Positions 55,701 through 62,414 of a DNA stretch of 64,000 nucleotides are shown here, piece after piece; positions within the stretch are counted from its first letter, which is position 1; each line of letters begins with the position of its first letter. Source of the DNA: a virus. Both the position numbers and the translations under genes were made by a program. The DNA lies in the IMG/VR virus record IMGVR_UViG_3300034631_000059, one strand, 5' to 3'. The notes beneath the pieces are model-generated. The model worked only from the letters and a program-made list of their open reading frames with translations, was not told where the DNA came from and made no database searches.

Positions 55701-57572
55701 GCGGTGGACCCCACCTTCGTCGCTGAGGTGGAGAGCATCCTGGAAGGCGCCAACGCCCCGTCCGACCTCATGGACGAAATCTGGCAGCGGTTCCTTCAGC
55801 GGATGCCGGACCTGTCCATCCGGACCAGCAAGATCCACCGCAAGGGCACGGCCGGCTTCACCGCCGACGCCATCCGGGCCTTCGGCTTCCATATGTTCCA
55901 TGGGAGCCACCAGCTCGCGCGTCTGAACTATGCCGCCGATCTGAGCAACAATGTGGACGACATGGCGGAGGAGGCGCGGGACAGCGGCCGGGTAAACACC
56001 GCGACGGCCGTGGTGAACGAGGCGCGCAACCGCCTTGCCTTCATCATGAACCCGACCGGCGGCAGCCTCGCCCAGGGCATCTCCACGGCAGGCTTCCTCT
56101 ACCACCTGTCCGCAAGCCCGGCGGCGGCAGCCATCAACCTCACCCAGACCACGATGGGCGGCATTCCCATCCTGGCCGCCTATGAGGGGACGTGGAGCAA
56201 GGGCTTCACCTCCGCCGCCGCGCAGCTCACCCGCGCGATGAAGGATCTGATGGCCGGCTATGGGAAGATCGGCCAGGCCCCCAACCTCACCGACGATGAG
56301 CGGGACATGGTGAAGACCATGTACGAGATTGGGCTGGCCGACCGGACCCAGACCCACGACCTGGCCGGCGTGGGCGAGGTGGGCGTTCGCTACAACGCCA
56401 CCCGGCAGAAGGTGGTGAACGCCCTGTCCTTCGCCTTCCACCATGCCGAGCGGGTGAACCGCGAGATCACCGCCCTGGCGGCCTACCGCATGGCCCGCAA
56501 CAAGGGGCTGGCGCATGCGGAGGCTATTGACGCGGCGAACAGCCTGACGTGGAAGATCCACTTCGATTATCAGAACACCTCCCGCCCCCGGATCATGCAG
56601 AACGATGCGGCCAAGGTGCTGCTGATGTTCCGCAACTTCACCGTGAACATGCTCTACCGCCTGTTCCGGGACATGAGCGTGGCGGTGCAGGGCGAGACGC
56701 CGGAGCTGCGGAAGGAGGCCCGCATGCAGCTTCTGGGCACCACGATGATGTTTCTGTCCCATGCCGGCATCAAGGGCGTCTGGGGCTTCAGTCTCGCCAT
56801 GATGCTGGCTGGCCTGTTCATGGGCCCGGCGGAGGATGCGGAGGACGAGCTGAAGAAGTGGATGCAGGCCAACCTGGGCGCCGCCATGACGGCGGTGCTG
56901 ATGGACGGCATCCCCGGCTGGGCGACCGGCACGGCCCTGTCCAACCGCATCGGTATGGGGGACCTGTGGTTCCGCAGCCAGGACCGCGACCTGGAAGGCA
57001 AGGAGGAGTGGTGGGCGCTCATTGGCCAGTTCCTGGGGGCCGGCTTCGGCATTTTGGAGAACATGCGCCGCGGCACGCAGATGGCGATGGACGGCAACGT
57101 GGTGCGTGGGATCGAGACCGCCGCGCCGAAGGCGATCCGCGACATCATGAAGGCGCTTCGCTACGCCATCGAGGGTGCGACCACCGCCAAGGGCGATCCC
57201 CTGCTGGAAAGCGTCCCTACCCAGGACGTGGTGAAGCAGCTTCTGGGCTTCACCCCCGCGCGGGTGGCCGAGGTTCAGGAGCGGAACAACGCTGCCCTGA
57301 ACATGCAGAAGGCCATCACTGAGCGCCGCAGCGACATCATCCGTGACTATGCGGCGGCGTTGCGCGAGGACAACCAGGCCGCGCTGGATCGGGCGCAGAA
57401 CAGGCTTGAGGACTTCAACCGCGACTTCCCCGAGAAGGGCATCTCCGGCGCCGACATCATCGGCTCGAACCGGACGTTCCAGCGGAACCGGGGGCGCGCG
57501 GATGGCGGCATCAACCTGGACCCGAAGCTGAACGAAGCCATCCGGGGACGCCTGCCAGCACGAGCATACTGA
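43743..57572 (+). CDS. Giant DarB-like polyvalent virion protein (4609 aa)
   Basis: SLT lysozyme (DQESGYN...GMMQ), N6-MTase-like (VLEPSMGIGNF, IGNWPF), SF2/SNF2 helicase (AHEVGTGKT, VDEVH, QRNGRGERQGN), zincin-like HEGLH, PLARFG motif. Confidence 0.9.
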   Translation: MAERSVFQQGIADQAVGEYLSANPLPSIGDDRPAAFVGPDRAPGTRLNPSEPFSRPAEERGGAPGRLRISDAPAQLLPLFEEASARHGVPINIIMSLADQESGYNSRAVGTQTQWGHAKGMMQYLDSTARGLNINPYDPAQAIDAAARQIRERLDRGYSMVDAVREHFAGPDRRQWGPKTVRYGEEVLERAGVLAQRIGDRYAPRPNLPPAASEPPAQTEAPAGEGGMLGDAGRLLKIGANSAAANVRELATRILPRGAVDFIDSIDRWATGKSSDELLRADTRAMEEAMTPAMREAMRRDWWDSERGTFGSAWTDPRAYAAGVLQSLPEMAVTMAPAMRMARVVYGARVAAGAAPEVAARAAARAAALTGAITEGGMGGAAAAREVRDAVNALPIETLRQSDAFKALVASGQDEATARRALAEDSSTRAFITAGVATGIFGGMGDRAIAKLITEGVAGGMTRRALRGAATSAAAEGLFEELPQSALSQVAQNEAIRRANPNQSLTEGVANEALGGLAVGSVQGAGMGAVGGAARRRQEAPAGSPSQPAPSPDSPASPPASPIPEEDAAPGRQPEAVASPAAPAGPLQRAIATAAPAVQSEQGQRVSLRAEGMDDIAAVVDHHTPEGVMLRTEDGESLLVTNEDVASGAVEIVREATPATGTQPAPAAQPEAPQQDAIRPAQQEGTAALQAAIEQAPPLPKSGEAPAPAPAPKASGAQHVYDFKGAFLGAEPSAHLRDGLWAAVQAGSDTHAGIRENLLIAAKTAREGGGLETRKQFDAFLKDWHASIVAPRVRIGTAEGNATAMEVIRRHAVAPKEHAARDREQARMAEEDARQGGGLDLATATESELRERLRYLARQARQQGWTKPLLAARAEVEKAINRLATQPAQEKQGAGDRGLGAGSGAVGAGSPSGTAEGPAAAAGDAPAARGDASGDAARGKATAGAAPRGEGDVSASARRPKPKPSLIEAAPADMGERWSGMNHDERADLLRAAGLPSSRRFSSWAGLNDATQKKLAGADPAGTVATQPEPTRGKSGYETADLPRLYAANIDTLRRLPEDAGIAAVDQADQALRNARMFSDLLAEEGGQPDTDGERARTMGELEDRLNRTYNAAQDRREAQPGEEKVPRRKTRKAAAASDAEPNGGAKLQAAAREAWERSNLATDLGDTTPIRNAFAGGFSDGAGVQTHIAEGKGKAAIAFKAGQEGGRRWAGKPNLSPTAAKRAKARPAEAPPAQTENRIFTADAAEKARALLKARLTPNHLNSGVDPEILQAGITLAGYHIERGARTFAAYARAMVGDLGDVVKPYLKSWYMGVKYDPRAAAFEGMDGAAAVDAADVDAALKENEGGEGDRLAGGAGVPAAEGRPADAAQHGAAPADPSPVEAGQPESDGEAGSGGDRVEAGVRPAGEDVGPEGRAGGGRDAGDGRPGGGRAGQPGAGRDGGDAGGVASGKPRADRNGDLARAAGFVERPMPADMPEKRVWHRGETDKIAQDGPNTFIPIGVERPDNGSGSFRTMAATLAAFARRDAAPSPAAVIDAVPETPPAAPSPGNYHVADTMAGRSGGPVARFNRNTDAIELLAALREAGRQATREEQAVLSGYTGWGSFGQELFQGFWTKPMPKEGWEERDRWLRDHLGQAEWESAQRSITNAHYTDPQTVKAMWDVARRLGFQGGRVLEPSMGIGNFFMMMPQDMAARSQLSGIEMEQVTGSMAQHLFPDANVKIMPYQDSRTPDGFYDLVIGNWPFENTVVADRRYNKLSPFLHDFFFLKALDQTRPGGLVIGVTSSGTMDKKGVGVRAAMAKKAELVAAIRLPSGAFQDYAGTKVVTDIVVLKKRPEELTTLPRDAEWVNTEEHRVASGGSFALNSYFIRNPGQILGTLDFGSGTTRGRPGMIVNPPADLAADLAAAVGRLPEGIFERDREPAKRISYVSNHTADRQGSLTIQDGKLYVVRGEQLAPAEEITKYSVKDAAETASRDAQLRALIGMRRAYAALIDAERAGGGDKERAALRASYDAFREAHGSLGESFGLRYLANIRDPFYPALAALETKGKAAEILSRSTMRGKPAMENPGIQDAFILARNEAVSPTLADVARLAKRTPEEVKAELIAANAVFETPSGDIIPSDIYLSGNVRQKLREAEAAAAEGLDGLARNVEALRAVQPPDIPYFQIETQLGATWVPPAVYAEYVAHMLNLPSAAGIGVTFTNGRWTVRLPEGATSRPEALTGYGTSEYRFDRLVNAAFSNQTVTVKRKDADGKEFVDAKATEEANARIAKMRDDLGDWLWSDPERRAELEREYNEVRNAYATPRFDGSFMRMEGMALSVGRGPFDLRAHQKDAIWRALVNRKSINAHEVGTGKTFTMGGIAVESRRYGIAKKPLILAHNANSASVAAEIQQMYPAAKVLYLDNLAPSVLEVRLRQIANDDWDAIVVPHSVIDRFSMREETLMEMAREDIAALEEEAYAAAKDDGERLTEDMMDDEEALKKLRSPTAKELVKARNAIISTIQQQAQRASREGAVPFEDLGVDMLLVDEVHEFKKPSISTRMRMKGLNTQTSNRSIALQFLARYVRSQNNGANIHTFTGTPVTNTLTEVFHQMRYVMEDEMKAAGVDTWDGWFGSFAKEVQDVELSAAGEYEPVTRLAGFINVPELRRMIGQYMDVVFAEDMPEMKPRRTASGKTMASRDLTEAERAELLNGRTEGAMDRPYRKVVNVTSDLTPEQRGIFARLQGYAKAWRAMGPMARKTAMLEGAPESPIITEGMANRASFDVRMLDGEDTAGQEGKGGDDPGSKSSNVVDRALAIYASHPLANQVIFAEQGFSTSATRSAGKDAEGKKRTKTVPTFSTIRDIVERLVQGGIPREQIAVVDGKVSKEKRKQIAEDMNTGRIRVVLGSTDTLGVGVNMQRNLRAMHHMDAPYMPGELVQRNGRGERQGNQWNTVIEYRYMTDRLDGRRWQILATKQRFINAFLRSNADTRVIEGDAAADEENDILQSFSEAAGDPRVLIREKLKRNLETLQRRERQHGLGVADARSKVRVLQGRLAAQERDLAEIEAQNTVQEVNALIEAQRADGFRMTLAGEDYTKRTEADGAFQNLMATGGVKLGDSRRLIGSYADFPLDVEWKASQPNPTLILKVGSEEFEGRSVRSLEGQLRGFPAEVRGRQADLGATRSSLERMEEVARSPFQRAKELDLARGRLAALETDIAENPVPPPAWLRAGAPVESVAYRNGQEFVVSGHRWNSDGYFVTKEDGRGTANIPYMEVTDAQGVPLYEERPFEAPVVQQQAQRPAVQASIPDAPSPVATLTGEEIGGATTPERRKAAVQWMNANIRGRPIFSAALGASVVVNRKGMTKTVSGGVGDRILDGVPAIEAIIRDGRLVETLPPRPEKGDTAAVAWHRLEGTVSVAGEPRTYRVLIREEANGSFHYRLEADRGEMETPRTLSSTDQQGKAGEEAGMRGAVLNLEEAPGSFKPSPQGWGEVDAAGSPVMSEKTFALVTAALRQVAGPELVVERGATPRSVEGLAYAHIVRFAMHVGDDRAPWVAVHEGLHALRNMGRITAREWSVLVDAAKREGWAQRFNIERRYQGQNAATQEEEAIAEAFAAWATNRFEAKGPVARIFAMVRTFLTRLRNALAQRGFQTAEDVFGRALSGEMGARPLGSADRDGARSQTAEQQSAFLDRYAADQSARPDMRASREPIQAPEPGKVRDFLRSMLDKAEPRILAAIPLRPLMEEVGHYLPSAKSFLKTKQAMDAMRAEWFNTSAEVSNRWLKFRSADKAGNAALMEIMHAATLAGVDPSKPFVASRNPALDADRRPEWDRLRKRFEALPEEGRALFQVVRDTYSELADAFDAALLNSVDKSVRVRELQAERQHKRELKRIDASPTMTEEQKEAARGAAERTLKGVRTRVRLNRGARMYQLRAQFESNRVQGPYFPLARFGDYYVTARNTSGEVVSFSRFENSADQRRFARQMEKAGHLVEMDRIANDKANGLRGAVDPTFVAEVESILEGANAPSDLMDEIWQRFLQRMPDLSIRTSKIHRKGTAGFTADAIRAFGFHMFHGSHQLARLNYAADLSNNVDDMAEEARDSGRVNTATAVVNEARNRLAFIMNPTGGSLAQGISTAGFLYHLSASPAAAAINLTQTTMGGIPILAAYEGTWSKGFTSAAAQLTRAMKDLMAGYGKIGQAPNLTDDERDMVKTMYEIGLADRTQTHDLAGVGEVGVRYNATRQKVVNALSFAFHHAERVNREITALAAYRMARNKGLAHAEAIDAANSLTWKIHFDYQNTSRPRIMQNDAAKVLLMFRNFTVNMLYRLFRDMSVAVQGETPELRKEARMQLLGTTMMFLSHAGIKGVWGFSLAMMLAGLFMGPAEDAEDELKKWMQANLGAAMTAVLMDGIPGWATGTALSNRIGMGDLWFRSQDRDLEGKEEWWALIGQFLGAGFGILENMRRGTQMAMDGNVVRGIETAAPKAIRDIMKALRYAIEGATTAKGDPLLESVPTQDVVKQLLGFTPARVAEVQERNNAALNMQKAITERRSDIIRDYAAALREDNQAALDRAQNRLEDFNRDFPEKGISGADIIGSNRTFQRNRGRADGGINLDPKLNEAIRGRLPARAY
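46420..46641 (+). CDS. Putative nested overlapping gene (+1 frame, 73 aa)
   Basis: AGGAG 7 nt before GTG; 61 of 73 codons end in G/C; the giant-protein frame here is a Gly/Ala linker with many T/A-ending codons. Confidence 0.5.
   Translation: MLVIEGLGLVAAQWVLGARPALLKARRLRLVTPQQHVAMLRAMRHEGRLPPELHPVAKAMFLLQLDGPSLSLH
47782..48087 (+). CDS. Putative nested overlapping gene (+1 frame, 101 aa)
   Basis: AAGGAG 7 nt before GTG; 98 of 101 codons end in G/C; globular helical protein over a low-complexity linker of the giant protein. Confidence 0.65.
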   Translation: MERETVLRVEQEYRQRRADPRTLHNTELHRQILARWKQDSPKAMAKLEAAGIASKLAFVRQARMWDQKDELVAGGMPVTDAQEEAERDNLVLDETEETPEA

Positions 57573-57652
57573 TTGCCGAGATTCTTGGCCCCGTCTTATG
57601 TAGGCGGGGCCAGGGCGCAGGAGCGCGGGGCGGATGAAGGCCCCCGCGCTCC

Positions 57653-58066
57653 ATGGCAGCCAAGAACATCCTTCTCGATATGATGGTGAATGGCGGCAAG
57701 CCCCAGCCGGTGGCCGCATACCTCATGGATCCCGTGACGGGCGAAGCAATCACGCCCAGCGGCGAGCGTGCCCAGCAGACCGCGAGCCTTCTGACCAACG
57801 CGACCCAGAACGGCGCCGGCAATGCGGTGGCATGGCAGGGCGGGCGCGGCACCGTATTCGTGAGTGGCGTCTGGGGCGGCGCAACCGTCGCCCTCGAAGC
57901 GGTCTATGGCGGCCAGGCCCATGCCATGGGGACGCAGGCCAGCGCGACCTCGAACGCGGCGATCCTTTTCGAGCTGCCGGCCGGGGCGAGCATCCAGGCG
58001 CGCATCAGCGGCGCCAGCGGCACGACCAACCTCAACGCCACCGTCCTCTCCAACCGGACCATCTGA
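57653..58066 (+). CDS. Virion structural protein (beta-sandwich-like)
   Basis: Ala/Gly/Thr-rich; VSGVWGGATVALE...FELPAGASIQARISGA. Confidence 0.7.
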   Translation: MAAKNILLDMMVNGGKPQPVAAYLMDPVTGEAITPSGERAQQTASLLTNATQNGAGNAVAWQGGRGTVFVSGVWGGATVALEAVYGGQAHAMGTQASATSNAAILFELPAGASIQARISGASGTTNLNATVLSNRTI

Positions 58067-58069
58067 CTC

Positions 58070-59344
58070 ATGGTGGCGTTCGCCCCTATCGGCGTGGATG
58101 GGCTCGGGCTGCTGTCCATGCAGATGGCAGCACTGGAACCCGCCTTTCGCGGCGATGCGGATATGCAGCGCCTCGTCGCTCCAGGCACCATTCATCGTTC
58201 CATGAACTTCGCCCGCGCCTCCGCCGGCCTGGCGGTCGGGGCGGACGGCGTGACTTGGCAGAGCTACGAGCCGAATGCGCCACGCTTCACTGGGGTAGCG
58301 CAGCGTTTGCTGGTTGAGGGGCAGAGATCCAACGAGGCCCTCTACAATACCGCATTTGCGCCAGGCTGGAGTATTCAGGGGATCGAAAGCACGACCCCGC
58401 TTGTCGCGCCGGACAATAGTACAAATGGTCGTCGTATTACCGAAACCTCGGCCTCCTCGCGCCATATTCTGGAACGAGGCATCACCGTAACAGGCGGTAC
58501 GCCTTACACGATCAGCATCGCGGCGAAGGCCGGCACCACACCGTACTTGCAGATCTGCTTCGGACTTGCTTCGAGCGGACACGCCAACTTCGATCTTGCT
58601 GCCGGCGCAGTCACGGTTATCGGGTCCGGAACCACGGCGGCGATTACCCCGATGGGTAATGGCTGGTATCTCTGCGAAGCGACAGTGACGCCCGCCGCGA
58701 GCGGCACAATGAATTGCGGTTTTGGTCTGGCCAACTCGGCCACCATGGCACGCATCGCGACCTATGAAGGGACCGGCGCCTATCTGGATGTGTGGTGCTT
58801 CCAGGTGGAGAGAGCCGCCTTCGCCTCCTCGCGGATGATGACGACGACCTCGGCCATCGTCACCCGGGCGGCGGACGTGGCGACCTATATCCTCTCGGCC
58901 GCGCAGGCCCAGCAGGGAACACTGGTTGGCACGTTTATGACCCAGGCGGTCGGCATCAATCCTGTGAACACCGGCTTCCTTGTTCTGGATGGCGGCTCCA
59001 ACACGAACAGGATGCTCCTGCGCCTCTTTCCAAACTCGGCCATCGTGCGCGGCACGATGACGCTAGACGGCACGACGACCAGCGGTGCGGCATCGGGCCA
59101 GCCGTCAATCACTAACGGCGAGGTGTTTAAGATCGCATTGGCTTGGGACAGATCGGGTTTTGCGTATGCCACGAAGGGTGGCCCAGTGGTCACGATGGCG
59201 GGCCTCCCTCCGCTGACCCGTCTCATGCTCGGGCAGGGGGACGGGTTTGCCCTGAACCAACCACTTTGTGGCGAGATCGGTCCCCTCGACCTCTACCCCA
59301 CCCGACTGCCGGACAGCGTCCTGCAGGCCATGACCGCAGCATGA
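58070..59344 (+). CDS. Spike/fibre-like protein with lectin/ConA-like domains
   Basis: NFARAS, NAPRF, LLVEGQRSN, YTISIAAKAG, GNGWYLCE, VTRAAD, RLPDSVLQAMT. Confidence 0.7.
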   Translation: MVAFAPIGVDGLGLLSMQMAALEPAFRGDADMQRLVAPGTIHRSMNFARASAGLAVGADGVTWQSYEPNAPRFTGVAQRLLVEGQRSNEALYNTAFAPGWSIQGIESTTPLVAPDNSTNGRRITETSASSRHILERGITVTGGTPYTISIAAKAGTTPYLQICFGLASSGHANFDLAAGAVTVIGSGTTAAITPMGNGWYLCEATVTPAASGTMNCGFGLANSATMARIATYEGTGAYLDVWCFQVERAAFASSRMMTTTSAIVTRAADVATYILSAAQAQQGTLVGTFMTQAVGINPVNTGFLVLDGGSNTNRMLLRLFPNSAIVRGTMTLDGTTTSGAASGQPSITNGEVFKIALAWDRSGFAYATKGGPVVTMAGLPPLTRLMLGQGDGFALNQPLCGEIGPLDLYPTRLPDSVLQAMTAA

Positions 59345-59354
59345 GGACCGGCCC

Positions 59355-59834
59355 ATGAGCGAAACCTTCATCGACCACGCCTGGTACGGCCCGCCGGCCG
59401 CCATCGAGGCCGCCCTTGCAGACCAGACGAATGTCATCGGCCCCATTGTGCTGGACGGGGTCGCCTACGCCACCGTCCGCGCGACGGAGCCCCTGCCTTT
59501 GCCGCCGGGCGTGCTGACCATGGGGCCCGAGCTGTCCCGGGTGCTGCACGGCTCCTGGATGGGGGATGTGCCGGCCGAGGTGACGAACTTCCAGGCACAC
59601 ACCGCCCTCCGCCACGCAGGCCTTTTCGACGCAGCAGCCGCGGCAGTGGAGGCGAAGGCGGCCGCCATGGAGGGGGCCGGTGACATCCTGGGCGCGGTGA
59701 CGCTCCGGGAGGCCTGGGCGAAGGCGAGCTTCGTGCGGGCCAGCCCGCGCATAGCCGACCTCGCGGCCAGCCTGCAGCTCACCCAGGAGCAGGTGGATGA
59801 CCTCTTCCGGGCCGCTGCGGCGATCAGCGTCTAG
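59355..59834 (+). CDS. Fibre-associated / tail assembly-like protein
   Basis: VTNFQAHTAL...W.KASFVRASP.I...LQLT.EQVDDLFRAAA motif seen next to fibre genes; GAGGA RBS. Confidence 0.6.
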   Translation: MSETFIDHAWYGPPAAIEAALADQTNVIGPIVLDGVAYATVRATEPLPLPPGVLTMGPELSRVLHGSWMGDVPAEVTNFQAHTALRHAGLFDAAAAAVEAKAAAMEGAGDILGAVTLREAWAKASFVRASPRIADLAASLQLTQEQVDDLFRAAAAISV

Positions 59835-59849
59835 GCCGAGGGACACCCC

Positions 59850-60341
59850 ATGAGCATCCTCTCTCACGTGCGATCCAGGCTTGGGCGCGTTCGCTCCTGG
59901 CTGGGCAGACTGGTCTATCGCCTGCCGGACCTGTTTGACATCGCCTCCGGCCTGGTCACGCCGGCATTCGTGCTGCTGGCCGCGTGGAACATCAGCCGGA
60001 ACAGCCTCTCCGGTAGCGACTTGGGGCCCAGCCTCTCCTTTCTACCGGCCGTGGCGCCCCTCTGGTTCTGGCTGACGCTGGTGGGCGTGGCTGGCGCGAT
60101 GCAGCCTGTGATCCTGTGGCTCGACAACCCGCATGATCTAAGGCCGCCGGTCTTCCAGTGGACCAAGCTCGCGCGAGTCGCGCTGTCCTCCATCGTGGGA
60201 TGCTTCTTCTTCATCCTCACGTGGAGCTTGGCCCTGCTGAAGGGGCCGCACCAGGTGATGGCACTCTACGGCCTGATGATGGGCATGAGCTGGTACATCA
60301 CCTCGCACGTGCTGACGCGCGAGGGGTCCGACGCCCCGTGA
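59850..60341 (+). CDS. Multi-pass membrane protein
   Basis: About four hydrophobic segments; GAGGGA RBS. Confidence 0.7.
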   Translation: MSILSHVRSRLGRVRSWLGRLVYRLPDLFDIASGLVTPAFVLLAAWNISRNSLSGSDLGPSLSFLPAVAPLWFWLTLVGVAGAMQPVILWLDNPHDLRPPVFQWTKLARVALSSIVGCFFFILTWSLALLKGPHQVMALYGLMMGMSWYITSHVLTREGSDAP

Positions 60342-60841
60342 TTGAAGAGATCCCGTCCCAGCTCCTGGACATTGTGAGGCAGATCCACCCGGTGTGGGGC
60401 CCTATTGGCCTCGTGGCCGTGGTGGTGGTCACGAAGATCATGCGCGCCGTCACACTGGCGATGCGGACGGGGCAGAAGCTCAACCACGCGCGGCAGGACC
60501 GCCTCAACAAGGGCTTTGCGGACCTCGACGCGGGGAAGCTGGCAGACCTCGCGCGCCTGCGGAAGGAACGCGAGGAGGACGACGCCCGGCACGCGGCCGA
60601 GGTGACGCGACTCACGGCGACCATCGAATCTCTCTGGGAGGACCGCGAGCGCGGCTGGGACCTGGCGCGGCACGCCATCAGCATCGCGCACGACACCCGG
60701 CATGACGGCAACGGCCTCGCGCAGGTGGCCCACGAGGCCGGCAAGCGCGGCCTGCCCGCACCCGAACCTCTCCCCCAGATCCCCAGGCTCAACGAGCTGC
60801 GGGGCCTGAAGCCCCATGAAGTGAAGGAGAACTACACGTGA
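60338..60841 (+). CDS. Membrane-anchored coiled-coil protein (lysis cassette)
   Basis: GTGA overlap; N-terminal hydrophobic helix followed by a charged coiled coil. Confidence 0.6.
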   Translation: MIEEIPSQLLDIVRQIHPVWGPIGLVAVVVVTKIMRAVTLAMRTGQKLNHARQDRLNKGFADLDAGKLADLARLRKEREEDDARHAAEVTRLTATIESLWEDRERGWDLARHAISIAHDTRHDGNGLAQVAHEAGKRGLPAPEPLPQIPRLNELRGLKPHEVKENYT

Positions 60842-61053
60842 AGCCGAGCGACGCATCGGACGGGCTGATGGTGGCGCGCTACGCGCTCGCCGCCGTGGGC
60901 GCCATCCTCATGAAGAACGGCCTGACCGACGCCGAGGAATGGCAGGCGATCACCGGCATCGTCCTGATGGCCGCCCCGGTGGTGTACGGGATCATCGTCC
61001 GGCGCCGCATGAAGGCGGCGATCAAGACGGTGGCGTCGGAGCGCGTGTCTTGA
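60838..61053 (+). CDS. Putative holin
   Basis: 71 aa, two hydrophobic helices, basic C-terminus, directly upstream of the endolysin candidate. Confidence 0.6.
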   Translation: MKPSDASDGLMVARYALAAVGAILMKNGLTDAEEWQAITGIVLMAAPVVYGIIVRRRMKAAIKTVASERVS

Positions 61054-61577
61054 CCCCGGCCGCGTTCCGCAAGGAGATCATCGAGCCCGGGGCGGCCTGG
61101 CTTGAGGACCTGACGGGCATCGCCAGCTCGACGGAGGCCCGGCGCATGCTCCTGGCCGTCGCGGCGAAGGAGAGCGACCTGAAGGACCGGGCGCAGATCA
61201 CCAACAGCGGCATCGGCAAGGCCCGGTCGTTCTGGCAGGGCGAGCTGACGGGCGGCATGGTGACGGGCGTGATGGGGCTCTACAGCCCGTCCAAGCCCTC
61301 GCCCTTCCCGCGCGTGACCACGGCCGCCAAGGTGCTGTGCGAGGCCGCCAGCGTGCGCTGGGACCGGGACGCGGTGTGGCGGGCTATCGAGGGCCACGAC
61401 CGGCTCGCCTATGGCCTGGCCCGGCTGCTGCTGCTGACGGACCCCTACACGATCCCCACCGACGCGGACACCGCCTGGGCCCGCTACATGCGCGTGTGGC
61501 GGCCAGGGGTTCCGAACCAGCCTAAGTGGCCGGGGAGCTGGGCGAAGGCGCTTGTGGAGTACCCGCGCGGCGCATAG
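61050..61577 (+). CDS. Putative endolysin (lysozyme-like)
   Basis: MLLAVAAKES, ARSFWQGE, LARLLLLTDP, YMRVWRPG pattern; TTGA overlap with the holin. Confidence 0.6.
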   Translation: MTPAAFRKEIIEPGAAWLEDLTGIASSTEARRMLLAVAAKESDLKDRAQITNSGIGKARSFWQGELTGGMVTGVMGLYSPSKPSPFPRVTTAAKVLCEAASVRWDRDAVWRAIEGHDRLAYGLARLLLLTDPYTIPTDADTAWARYMRVWRPGVPNQPKWPGSWAKALVEYPRGA

Positions 61578-61699
61578 GATTCCGGCGTCCGATAGTCCAG
61601 CGCCGGCATAGCTCCCCCGGGAATGCAAATGCCGCCAGCAGGATGAGGACGGCGAGACCGGAAGCTACTGCCGGGCAGCGGGGGACAGCCTCGCGGAGC

Positions 61700-61733
61700 A
61701 AGGGCGGCCACCGAGAGGGGCCGCCCTTCTTCA
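61700..61733. terminator. Hairpin between convergent units
   Basis: AAGGGCGGCC...GGCCGCCCTT followed by CTTCA. Confidence 0.55.
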
Positions 61734-61734
61734 T

Positions 61735-62412
61735 TCAGTCCTCTTCCTCTTCCGCCGCGTCGCCGGCCTTCTCTCTCGCCACCTTCCATTGAGCCACCAG
61801 AAGGTCCCACTGTGCGTCCGAGATGCGCTTCAGGCCGGGTGGAATAGTCCATTCCCCCGTGATCGTCGCGTCCGGATGCTCCGCCCGGATCTTGGCAATC
61901 TGCGGCTCCGTGTCGGGCACGAAAAAGGCGTAGGTCTCGCCCATGAACAGGACATTCATGGGCTTCATGAGGAACCGCAGATCGGAGAAGCCGGAGCTGC
62001 CCATGCTGCCAGCCGGCGTCTCCCAGGACACGCCGCCAGGGAGTCCCAGGGCTTTCGCGATCTCGCGGAGTGAGTTCGGCCGCGGCACCGCATCAAAGGC
62101 CGCCTTTGCCGCCGCGGCGGCCTCCTTCTGCGCCTCGCCGCGTGGCTTGTGCTGCGGCACCATGTAGTCCACCGCGCCGCGCGTGCGCCTGATGCGCCGC
62201 CAGCCAGGCGGGATTATGCCGGACTCCGGGATCCCGACGCCGCCCAGGCCATCATCTTCGTGGTTTTGCACGCCATGCTTGGCGCCCATGCTGCGGCAGA
62301 ACTCCAGGGCCGCGCGCTGGGATGCCACGTAGCTCTCCTTCCAGGCCTTCGCCATGCCGAGCCAGGGTTCCCCCTCGATCAGCAGGATCATGGCGTTCTC
62401 ATTCTTCGCCAT
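61735..62412 (-). CDS. Hypothetical protein
   Basis: Coupled to the clamp gene stop (GTG 62418 or ATG 62412); globular composition. Confidence 0.7.
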   Translation of the reverse strand: MAKNENAMILLIEGEPWLGMAKAWKESYVASQRAALEFCRSMGAKHGVQNHEDDGLGGVGIPESGIIPPGWRRIRRTRGAVDYMVPQHKPRGEAQKEAAAAAKAAFDAVPRPNSLREIAKALGLPGGVSWETPAGSMGSSGFSDLRFLMKPMNVLFMGETYAFFVPDTEPQIAKIRAEHPDATITGEWTIPPGLKRISDAQWDLLVAQWKVAREKAGDAAEEEED

Positions 62413-62414
62413 GG

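Noticed and set aside
48840-57719. Very long minus-strand ORFs (1530 aa and 1205 aa) and similar antisense ORFs opposite terL, portal, capsid and GH5
   Set aside because: They are shadow frames of GC-rich genes: no motifs, biased composition, and fully antisense to well-supported genes.
61522-61734. Small minus-strand membrane protein
   Set aside because: It runs through the terminator hairpin and overlaps the endolysin 3' end; no supporting motif.
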